DNA of 64,000 bases, from NCBI RefSeq assembly GCF_001194135.2, contig NC_068985.1:22625510-22689509 (forward strand), read 5' to 3'. This DNA is from Octopus bimaculoides (Eukaryota). The position numbers and the translations under genes were made by a program. This document shows positions 1 through 11,500 of this stretch, piece after piece (position 1 is the first letter of the stretch; each line of letters begins with the position of its first letter). The notes beneath the pieces are model-generated. The model did not search any database and had not been told where the DNA came from. It was given only the letters and a program-made list of their open reading frames with translations.

Positions 1-380
1 TTCCATTTTATCATCTCAATCCTACCTGAAAGATCCATTTCTGACATATATAAAAAGTCCTAGTGGTAGAACCAATTGTACGAGTTTAAATTTGTCAAAC
101 TAGGGCTAGTCTGAATGGTGTGTGTATGGTAGATGTGGTGGTGGTACTGTTGTTTATCACGCAACTTTGCAATAAGTTCCAAGTTGACAAATTATATCAT
201 TGTTTTGATGAAAATTGTTCATTGCTTGAAAAATATAGTTGAAGTTTAATAGAATTTAATATGTACGGAATGCATGAAGTGTCATTGTTGGGCCCAAAGT
301 TTAATGAAGAGCCCACTGCAAGAGTTAGCTTAAAAGCTTTTAAGGTAGTGTATATATATATATATATACACACACACACG

Positions 381-710
381 AGGGGTACCAAAAGTAACTG
401 GAAACAAACATTCTCTGTGGGACAAGCCCATGTAGTTCAGGCTTCCGCCACTAGAACTCACTTGATGTGACCCTCAGCATCAGTCTCACAACTGGCATTG
501 TCAACTGAGGTCATACTGCCATGTGGTGCTTCTTTGTTTTGCAATGTTTCTTCTCTCTGTCAATTTTTGAGATGGCTAAAAAAACTGAACAGCATGCTTC
601 CATGAAATTCTGTTGGGGAGAATGGTGACCAAAACAGCTGCCTCAAACAGCTTACAAGGCCACTGCCATAAGCAAAACACAAGTTTATGAGTAGTTTTCA
701 CGCTTTTGAT
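381..710 (+). mobile_element. Mariner-type transposon 5' fragment (degenerate N-terminal HTH region)
   Basis: Broken translation resembles mariner N-terminus (EQHASMKFC...AYKATAISKTQVYE*FSRF). The left end (gggtaccaaaagtaactggaaac...caagcccatgtagttcaggcttccgc) recurs at ~62908-63070. Confidence 0.6.
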
Positions 711-714
711 ATGG

Positions 715-1965
715 CTCCATCAGTTTGTACCATCTTGAAGCAAAAGGAAGATTATTTAAATAAATTTAAAGGAAGTCACTTTCTAAAATTCAACTTGGTT
801 ACGAAGAAAAGATGAAAGTTTAATTGCACGCATAGAAAAACTTTTGACAGCTTGGATTAGCAATCAAATTCATAGATTTCATATCCCACTTAAGATATAA
901 TTTACAGTAAAGTAACTTCCCTTTTTAACTTGTTTAAGGATAAATCATTTGTAATGAGCAATAGTTGGTTTGATCACTTCAAAAAGGGATCCAAGGAGAA
1001 TTACCTAGTGCAAATCAAAAAGCTGCAGGAACCTTTCCTTGCCAATTAGAAGATTTGATTGAAGAAGAAAGCTTTGTACTGTATCAAATCTTTAATGTGG
1101 ATGTGACGGGCCTATTTTGGAAACGAATGCCTTCAAGGACTTTTACTGAGAGAAGAATCTTCAATGTCAGGACTCAAAGCTGTAAAAGATAGGATAACAT
1201 TGCTTCTGAGAGGAAATTCTGAAGGGAACTGCAAACTCAAGCCCATGCTTACTTATCAATCTGAAAACCCCCATGCTTTAAAAGGAATTGATAAGACAAA
1301 ACTTCCTGTAATCTGGAAGTGTAACAAAAACACTTGGGTGACAAAAACTCTCTTTGAAGATTGGTTTTCTAATCAGCTTGTTCCTGAAGTAGAATAATAT
1401 TGTAAGGATAAAAAAAATTCCTTTCAAGATTCTTTTGATAATGGATAATGCCCCCAGTCATGCTGCATTTTTAAAGCATCATCATCAAAATATTAATGTT
1501 GCTTTTTTACCTCCCAGTGCAACATCTATATTGCAGCTTATAGATCAAATTTAATGCTTGTTATCATGAAATCTACCATGAAATGAAGAAAGTTTTTCAA
1601 CAACTTTAGATAATTTTTTAACAAAGAAAACCAATGCAAACCAAATATCAAAACAAGAAACTCAACAAATGGAAATGACATGCGCTCAAGAGGCCGCAGT
1701 GACAGCAGACCCAATGGATACGAATTAAATTTCAGTTAAATTTTGTTTTATGTTTTTCTTTTTCTTCATTCAGTAGTTAGTGATTTAATAAAAAAATTAT
1801 TCTCTTTAATATTGCTATTTAAAAAAAAAAAGTTAAGAATCAATTTCTTTAGTGAGAACGAATTAAAGGTATATTGTTTTCAATGGACGATAACCCACTA
1901 TATGAAATTTTCACTTTACGAATCTAGTCAGGAATAAATTAATTCATAAACATGGGGTTTGCCTG
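715..1965 (+). mobile_element. Tigger/pogo (TIGD1-like) DNA transposon remnant, degenerate DDE_1 transposase
   Basis: Frameshifted pieces include IFNVDVTGLFWKRMPSRTF and KAVKDRITLLLRGNSEGNCKLKPMLTYQSENPHALKG...ILLIMDNAPSH. The right end reads as a Tigger-like TIR (reverse complement CAGGCAAACCCC) followed by TA at 1966-1967. Confidence 0.8.
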
Positions 1966-2049
1966 TATATAAAATTGAAATTCTGTCTGCTTTTTTTCTC
2001 TGACAAAATGAAAGTAAAGACAGCAAATCTGTTAGAGTAGTCTCACCCT

Positions 2050-2310
2050 AATTCAGGGGAAGTAACACTGGAAGAAGCTTCAATAACAAAAACACCAGAG
2101 GTTTTTCTGCTATTATTGTTGAACTGTGGAATAAGTTTAGAAATGAACTTGAAGATTTCAAGCACCAAGTTCAGTTGAGTAATCCTGAGCAAGATACTTG
2201 TTTCACTGATGCTATATACAATGCATCTTTGATTGAAATAGATCAAATTATTTCTATGGGAGGTGAACCTATAGAAAATTTAGGTCTCCCGCTAATTGAG
2301 GGGATCTTAA
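2050..2310 (+). mobile_element. Helitron RepHel fragment (segment between Rep and PIF1 helicase)
   Basis: Spliced-frame reading gives ...LWNKFRNELEDFKHQVQLSNPEQDTCFTDAIYNASLIEIDQIISMGGEPIENLGLP. This fits the Helitron pattern LW..K..L.ED....N.AL..I...L...G..L..FGLP (recognised by eye). Confidence 0.6.
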
Positions 2311-2555
2311 GTTTGTTCACTGAAATAATGAGGGGAAAAGGATTTAAACTTAAGCTTGACTAAGGTAGGATTTCATATTATAAAGTGGTTGAGGGATTCA
2401 AAGTTCACTTCCCAACCATGTGATTTCAGGGTTGCTCCCTTGCATTGCATCTAGGGCAAGAACCTCCTACTATATAGCCCTTAACTGACCAAAGCCATGA
2501 GGGGATTCTGGCAGGGAGCTGAAAGAAGCCCATCAAATATTTGTGTGTATGAGTG

Positions 2556-2586
<31 letters not shown>

Positions 2587-3801
2587 GTGCATATTTCTTT
2601 TTGTCTTCATGTGTTGGTTGGTTGTAAATAATGTCACTATTTGCTTGCAGTCCACTGAAGAAAAAAAATGTTTGGGCTTCTTGAAAGAAACAAAGAAAAA
2701 GAAAAGTCTATTAATGTGGTGTCATTTGTTTCCAGTTCTCCATGGTAACTATTTGTTGGTCAATAAACTGGGAGATTACCTCAATTGTAAGTGGATTTAG
2801 TAGATGGAAACTGAAAGAAGTTTGTGTGTGTACATACAGACATACATATATCATCATCATCATCATCATTGAAAGTCTGTTTTCAATGCTAGCATAGGCT
2901 GGATGATTTGACAGGAGCTGGCAAGGCCAGGAGCCATTCAAGGCTTCATTGTCTGTTTTGGCATGATTTCCACAGCTAGATGCCCTTCCTAATACCAACC
3001 ACTTTACAAAATATAGTGGATGCTTTTTACATGGCACGAGCACTGACAGGGTCACCAAATACTTTGTAAGACAAACATCCCTCAACTGGGAACAGGGAGT
3101 ACTATTGAGTGGGTGTGGCTTTGTGCCAGGACAGGGATAGGTGTCTTGCTGTAGATTAGATACATGGATACCCAGTTGGAAAACAAAGGAGGATGAGTCA
3201 GAGGGTAAGATAAGGAGAGCTACAGTGAGAGAGATGATGTCAGGACATGCTCTCAAGAGACACTGGGGGTGCCTGAGAATGGAAGTGGACTGGGTGAGCT
3301 GGCAGGATTGAAGTGGTTGTAGCAAATGGAGAGAAATACAAGAGACTAGGAGCAGATATGTGAGGGCACTGAAGGTGATAAGCTGGTAAGTGAGGTGTTA
3401 ATGATGGAGAACAGCACAGAAAGGAGATGATTGGTGGGGAGATAATGGGAAATGGAAGTGTTTTGGGGTGGGGGAACTGAGGAAGCTACCAGATATTGTA
3501 TGTGCCTATTTTGCTTTTAAGTGATAAAGAAGTGATGGGTGTCAGAGAATGAAATGTGTGAGGGGGGGTGAAAGGTTGATGGGGCAGAGAAGATGGCAAC
3601 AGGAAGGGCAATCAGCCATTGAAGACTCAACTTACTCTAACCCATGCAAGCATGGAGTAGATAAAAAAAACAGTAACTTCCACTTTCTAGCATTTATTAT
3701 TTACATCAATGTTAGTAAATTATTACTTACATCAATGTTAGCTGTTTTGAGACAGACTTAGCAGTAACCTCCATGGTTCTACGATACAAATTTTGTGTTT
3801 T

Positions 3802-5195
3802 TGTTGTATAGTAAAACTAACCTCCAGGTGAAAAGTGGTAGTAGCCAGCCATTATAAATAGATGGCCATGTCTGTGCTGATATTGTAATTATACTGCGAT
3901 ACTGAGTGGATGTTATAACAATCCAGCCTTCTGAGGATAACAACATTGTATGACTGGGAGTCATACAGTGCCAGATAGAAACATTCTATCAACAACTTCG
4001 GACTATAACAATATCAATCAGAGCGACAACCATCGTCAAAAGACATACAGTGGCAATGAGGAAAAACAAATTTACACGGATTGAAAAAAGAAAAAAATTC
4101 AGAGTTTAAATAAATTCACACAGAAAAATACCTAGACGAAAATAAATAAATAAAATTCTTGTTGTGCAAACTATTGAAAATCATAAAATATGGAAGAGCA
4201 CAATCGCAACGTCGCCAATGCCAGTGGCACATAAAAGCACACACTACACCCTCAGAGTGGTTGGCATTAGGAAGGGCATCCAGCTGTAGAAACATTGCCA
4301 GATCAGATTAGAGCCTGGTGCAGCTGCTGGCTTTCCAGACCTTAGTCAAACCGTCCAACCCATGTCAGCATGGAAAACAGCGTTAAACAACGATGATGGT
4401 AGACTTGTTAGCTGGAATAGTTGAGTTGCAAAAACAGCAAGGATTGCAGCAGCAAATGTTGCAACTAATGAGGTTATTAACGCAACTGGAGAATACATTT
4501 TCACCTGACCATGAAGCAAGTTCCATAAGTGAATTCAGATATGTTCCTGAAGGAGGAGTAACCTTCGAGGCTTACCTTTGAAGATTTCAACTAATTTTTG
4601 AAAAACAATGTCAGGATAGGATGCATGAAATGAAAATGCATCTAGATTTAAGAAAACTAGCAACAGTAAAGCATGAGAAGTATAGTAATTTCATATTGCC
4701 AAAAAAAAGCGTAGTGGGTGCTTTTCTGTGCCACTGGCACAGGGGCCAGGGGAGCTGGCATCGACCACAATCAGATGGTGGTTTCTACATGCCACCGACA
4801 CAGAAGCCAGTCAAAGCAGCACTGGCATCGGCCACGTCCAGATGGTGCTTTTTATGTGCTACCAGCACGGGGCTCACAACTACAATTTCCATTTGATTAG
4901 ATTTTGCTGTTGATGCACTTGACTCAGTAAGTCTCCTCAAGCACGGCATGTCGCCCTACTATCCAACGTACTTTTGAGTGGGCTGGCTATGCAATAATGG
5001 TGAAGGTTACAGCTGTGGACTTGCTTTATTTGCCGGGTCTTCTCAGTCACAGCATACCTTCAGAGGTCTCGATCTTTTGTCATTGCCTCTGTTGAGGCCA
5101 AATGTTCGAAGGTCATGCTTCACCACCTCACCCCACGTCTTCCTGGGTCTCCCTCTACCCTGGATTCCTTCCACTGTTTGGGAGTGGCACTACTT

Positions 5196-5232
<37 letters not shown>

Positions 5233-5610
5233 ATAAAAAGATGTGGGGTGATTAAAAGAGATTGATTGTTAAATAAGAAACTAAAAGAGAAAATGTATAG
5301 TGAAACTGTACATCTCTCCCAGCAAAAAGTGGTAGTAGCCAGCCACTATAAATGGACCAGTAGCCGGTTGACAGTACATGTAGACAGAGTGCATGTAGAC
5401 GATAGTTGTGCCTGTACTGATATAGTAATTATACTGTGATACTAAGTGGATATTATAACGATTCAATCTTTTGATGACAACAGTACTGTATGACTGGGGG
5501 AGGGGGGGGGTTACAGTGCCAGATAGAAACTTTCTATCGACAACTTTGAAAGATAATATCTGTCAGAGCAACAACAGTCATCAAAAGACAGATACAACAG
5601 TGGTGAAAGA
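3802..5610 (+). mobile_element. Degenerate Gypsy-type LTR retrotransposon: LTR-like repeat, PBS-like site, gag remnant, second LTR-like repeat; interrupted by SINEs
   Basis: Two alignable direct repeats, ~3802-4049 (TGTTG...ACA) and ~5294-5599, are each followed by TGGCAATGAGG or TGGTGAAAG (PBS-like). Between them, 4393-4710 reads ASSISEFRYVPEGGVTFEAYL*RFQLIFEKQC...LRKLATVKHEKYSNFILPKK, typical of Mag/K02A2.6-like gag. Confidence 0.6.
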
Positions 5611-5859
5611 CTGCTTGACAACAGTTTTAAAGAGATCTAAATTAAAACCTGTCAATATTTCATGTTAATATATATTCCTAACACCAAATCAATGAGTTAT
5701 TTTGCTAAATTCTTCATTATTTTAAAATCAATTGCAACAGAATATATTTCAACAGAAATATTGTAATAAAAAGGTTAATCCTTTCAAAAAAATTCCAATT
5801 TTTTTTATAGTATGAAGTCTGAAATGCACTATGCAAATGTTTTTTTATGGTTTCTAGAT

Positions 5860-6240
5860 GAAAAATGCTAGTATGCAGATACAAACTTGGGAACAATTCA
5901 GGAAATTGGCTCTGAAATTTTCATTGATATTAACCCTAAAAAATGCACTCCAAAATTAGTTTCTAGCCCTACCAACCTAATCTTTCCTTCTCTATAAGGA
6001 ATTAGATTGGGAGTCGATGCTGAAATAATTTTTGACTGATGAAGGGCAGTCTTAGCTACACTGAGTATGTGTGTACATAAGATCAAGAATTTATGAAGTC
6101 TAGCATTTGCAGTGACCTCTAGGGTTCTAGTTGAGGAATGTTCACATTTAGGAAGAATGGGATGAGATGTTTTCTTGATATGTGTAGTTATTGCGTCTTT
6201 GTGATGATGGTGATGAAAACAAGATCGAGTTGACTCTGCA
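5860..6240 (+). mobile_element. Possible LINE reverse-transcriptase remnant
   Basis: TATGCAGATACA gives a YAD(D)-like motif followed by ...QEIG...IDINPKKC; heavily degraded. Confidence 0.3.
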
Positions 6241-8543
6241 GGAGGATGTTTTTGTGGTCTGTTCATGGAATCAGTCCAGAATTGTCACAAGGTGACTACA
6301 CTGCATATGGTGACACTTGGGTGCAGAAGGTTAAGGGGGGAATTAAAGGTTGTATCATCTGCATAGTAGTGAGCATTGGTGACAGCAAGTCAGTCAATGA
6401 GGAAAGAAAATTGAACCTAGGGGCACACTAGAATTGACAGTCAGGGTCACAGAAAGCCCCACACACTTGTCAGCTCATGCTGTGAAAGAGCAATCCAACA
6501 GGAAGCCATCAATCCAAGGGACAGTTAAGGTCATTGATAATTTTCCTAAAATTTTGCTGATGTTTAGAGCAAATAACAAATTTACAACTGAAAGCTTATT
6601 GCTCAGAGATTTTTGTCACTATAATCTCTTTTAGATAAAAACTTGCTCTAGACAAAACTAATAGAATAAAAAAAGTAAAAATCCCAGGTGTCTGCCTTAT
6701 GGAGGTAGCAGCCGACAGGAGATGAAGAATTTTCCTGGTTTGATGAATAGTCAAGACAATTGTAGATTAACAAGAATATAGGTCTTTGACAGATCAAGCT
6801 TTATGAAAACCATACTAGTGGTCATTAAAAAAACAAACACTGAAAGGATGGTGATACTTCTACCACACAAAGTAGACATTTCTGTTGAGTAGCACAGAAA
6901 CTCACAACTAATTTCAGAAAATTATTCAGAAGTGGAAGGCTAATGCTCAGGACAATTTTTAAGGTTTTTAAGACTTGTTAGGGAATTATCAAATCTGGCC
7001 AAATGTTTGCAACAAAGTACTCCACTAAAAGACACTCATGAGCCAGGCTGTGGTGTCAAATAAAGCAACAGGTAAATCTACTGGTTCAGGTGTGCCTTTC
7101 ATTCTGTTTCCTGTCTTAACTAGCATATTGCCCAACTTCTTGAAACTCCCTCTCTGATCCTATTCACTTGCAAATATTCAAATTGAATATCAACAACAAT
7201 CTTAACAGCCTAGGAAGGGCTATAATGCTCATGGATACAACTACACTTAAGTATGAAAAAAAATCTACTGTACTGGGTTGAATAGAAACAGTCAATTGCA
7301 AAAGACTCAGATTGATAAATTTAATTACCAACATTAATCTAAATTGCTTATGAATTACAAAGGGGAAACAACTATTTTTTTTTTCCAAGTCCCAAATTGT
7401 TTCTTGTTGAAAATAGCATAATCAAAATGACACATGAATACTAAAATGCAATAGCCAACACAATATGTGCAAAAATATTTACATTTAGCAGCAGGTATTA
7501 TTTAAATGTGTAAATGAAAACAGTTTAGCACTTGTTTAAAAAAAAATCTGATTTGCAATTTAAAATTTCTAATAAGTATTTTTCTTTTAAAGTCTTAAAA
7601 AAGTGGGGAAAAAAATTGGCAGAATTTAAGAAATTATGCATTTTGATAGCTTAATACTATGAAAAAACAACAATCTTAATGATTTACAAATCATTTTGCT
7701 AAAAATTAACAAGGTTTCCAAAATTTCCAATTCACTGATCCACTTCGACTTGCATTCTTTAATCAAAAGAGACAACTCTATATGAATTGTCAATAGGATA
7801 AACACCAAAACTTAAAAACAGATACTATTTTTCTGTGTTGAACTAATTAAAAAATCTAGGACCGTCAGAATCTGGCTAACTACTGAATGACAATTGTGAA
7901 AAAATAGTTCGACACCATAAATGTGAATTATATTTTATTCATAGAAACTATATACTAAATTCTAAAAAGAAGTTATCTCAAATTCCTTATTCTAAACACT
8001 AATATGCTTTCGTAATAGTTATATTTAACTGGGGAAAAAAAATGAACTTTGAGTAAACTGGTTTATTAAAAAAAATAATTTCGAAACTTTCAAAGTCACT
8101 ATATTTCTATAAAAAAATTTTTCCAGATGTTAAAAAAAAATAAAAAAGCCGAAACAATTTTTTTTTGTTTGTTTATATTAGAATCCCCCTTTAATTTAGC
8201 TGAATTTCTCCAGTATTTTGCTGATTTCAGATAATACTCATACATGTACTACAAAAGAAAAATTTAAAAACACAGCCAAAATTAAATAAGAATTCGTCAC
8301 CTTTCAGGTAAGATATAGTTCGGAAATTTTAAAAAGTCAAAATGCCAAAAATATCGGTCTTTATGAAATTTTGTACAGTAAAATAAAAATACAGCTTCTG
8401 TCAGAACCTGTCACCAACCACAAACACTCAGCATTTTCAGGCAATTAATCATTCATAATCAGAAATGTATCACTATTTTCTGTGATGTTTAGGTGGTTTC
8501 TGTGCATATTCTATATTTACACTTTTCAGATGAGGCAACATGA

Positions 8544-11500
8544 TTAATCTAGTTGTGCCATTGACAATTTAGGAATTTCTGCTACTTCCATGAAAACTCT
8601 GGAAAATAAAAATATAATATATATAATAAAACAATATATATATATAAATTACTACAAACACACAAATCCTAAAAATATTGCACACAAAATCTTTAAAATT
8701 TTCTAATCAAAAAGTATCTTTCATAGGCACAGGCACGCTTGTGTGGTAAGAAGCTTGCTCCCAACCACATGGTTCCAAGTTCAGCTCCATGCATGGCACA
8801 TTGTGCAGCTGTCTTCTACTAAAGCCTCAGGCTGACCAAAACCTTGTGAGCGGATTTGGTAGATAGATACTGAAATATCTCTCTCTCCCTCTCTGTGCGC
8901 GTGCATGCGTGCGTGTGACTCCACTGCTTGACAACTGATGGTGTGTTTGTGTCCCTGCAACTTAGCGGTTCAGCAAAGAGCAATAGAATAAGTACTAGGC
9001 TTAAAATAACTCCTGGAGTCGATTTGTTCAACTAAAACCCTTCAAGGCAGTGCCCCAGCATGGCCACAATCAAATGACAGAAACAAGTAAAAGATAAAAA
9101 CAGTCAGAGAGATTACATTATTACATGCTCAAAACTATCCTCATTTACATTCCAATAGGAACAAGAGTCATTACTTCATTTATTAGGTTGTGTGAGTGAC
9201 AAAGTAGCATTTGTAACTGTATTTCAGAGTCCCAAGCAGTTCCAGTTTTTTTGTCAGTAATTATGGCCTTACATCAAAAAGATATACAATAGGCTTCAGC
9301 AAGTTTCAGTTTGTGGAAATTCACTAAAAATCTGAGTGAATATATGAAGATGGAAACTGGCGGACAGAAGGCAAGTAATGGTAATAATGGAATTTAAGTA
9401 GATGGAAACTCAGTAATGATCAACATGATGCTATGCTAAAAGTTACTTATCCAAAGTGCCATGCAGTGTATTTGAATCCAAAATACTGAGCCACACAGCC
9501 AAGCCAACTACCAGTTAAAAAATATATGTTAGAGTCACAATAAAATGTACCCTGTTGTCATCATAATTTGGTGTGTGTATTCCATGCTGGCATGCACTGG
9601 ATGGTTTAGCAGGACTGCATCAAGCTCTAGCTTTGGCTTGGTTTCTGCAGGTGGATGCCTTTCCTAATGCCAGCCACCTTACAGTATGTATTAGGTGTTT
9701 TTTAGTGTCACTGGCACTAGTGAAATCAAGTAATTTGAAAGACAAGAGAAGGAAAAGGCCCCTCGACTGTGGGACTGTATGAGAGAGGGGGTGGTGGGTA
9801 TATTTGATAGAGGAATGCACATGTTGCAAGGATAAAGTATGATAGAGGAACAAACACAGGTGTTTTGCTAGATGAGTTACATCATAAAAGAGTAGGTGTT
9901 GAGTCACTGGAAAAACTGAAATGGTGGTCATGATTTGTCAGAAATTAGGGAAAGGGAGGCAGCAATAGAAACTATGCCAAAAACAAACTGTACAAACAGG
10001 ATATGGACTTGGAAAACTGCATTGCAAGCTACCTGTCCAGGAAGACAGTACACTGAATAAGAAAAGATTGAGTAGAAAGAATGATCTAACCACAAACATT
10101 CTCGTGTGCCAGTAGCATGGTAAAATGCCCCCAGTCTATAGTAAGACCTGCACTAAGTTGGCTGGTTTTCTGTGTTGTCGTTGCTGTGAGTCAAATGACA
10201 GATTATGTTAACCCTTTCGTTACCACATTTCTAACCAAATTACACCCCTTATGTGTTTCAATTAATTTTTAACATAATCATAAATCTAGGGTGGTTTCAT
10301 TAAACAACTTTAACTTTTTTATTTATCAACATATTAATGTGATTTTTGGAAGATAATTTAACAAAAGGTTCTCAACCAATTCTATACCAAAATTTTTGTC
10401 ACAAAGTGACTTTAATTACAGGTAAATTCAACAAAATATAAAATTATTAAAATTTTTGTTCAAACATCGCTATAGAAAATGGGTTATTAGCTAATATTCA
10501 ATTGGGTATACAACAAAATATTATTATAGAAGAGTTGTGCACATTACTGGATTCATTACTGTCTCTTTTGCCAGTATAAAATTAAAATCCAGAGCAGTAC
10601 CCAGTATTTGATTCACAAATCTTTTCCAAACTTTGATCCCCCGTTTTGTGGGCTTTCCTGGCATATACTGTCGAAAACGCACTCGGCCTTTATAGCCCAC
10701 CATATCCTCATCTATAAACTGTTTTATATGTGCTTTGAACACAGTCAATGAGGGGTCTTATTTTAAATAAGGGATCAAAGTCTGGTTTTCTACGTACTGG
10801 TGTACTGCTTGTGTCTCTTACATGTAGATATTGAGTCAATTTTAAAAACCGTATCCTCGTCATTATACTTGAGACATATTAGTCTCCAAAGGGTTCATCA
10901 CTACTCCAGTAATTTGTTATTCGAGGTAACTTTCTAATGCCCATAATAATATTTACGGCAAAATATGCTTTAATTTCATTCAAGTTTATGGGAAACCACA
11001 AACTATCCTTTTTTACGCTTTGTTTATGCCGTAATCAATTCAAATAGGTACTTCGGAAAAAGCAAAAAGAAATAGTCTAAAGCTTTACTCTCCTGGGTAA
11101 GACTGTGACTTGGTCCAGTTTCTTCAGAAAAATCACTGAAAAAAGGAGTTTTTAAATTTTCACTCCATTCAGGTACTAATTCATTCTCTTTATCGCTATC
11201 ATCGGAGCTCTCGGATTCACTGCTTTCATTTTCGGAAAATGAAAACTCAGATTCATTATCAAATACNNNNNNNNNNNNNNNNNNNNNNNNNNNNNNNNNN
11301 NNNNNNNNNNNNNNNNNNNNNNNNNNNNNNNNNNNNNNNCCACGTGCTTTTTTTTTTTTTTTTTCGGTTACAGAGTTAGATTTATCAAGGTCTTCAACGG
11401 AAAATCCTTCGAATTCTGACTCGATGCTTGACAGAATAAAATTCGTATCCATTTTTTTGTCAGGATTACAAATTTTGAAAACACAACAGGAACAAATTTG

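Noticed and set aside
2711-3325. 204-aa and other mid-size ORFs (5898-6266, 19410-19856, 25984-26301)
   Set aside because: No recognisable domain or splice context; they overlap SINE/LINE debris or low-complexity sequence.
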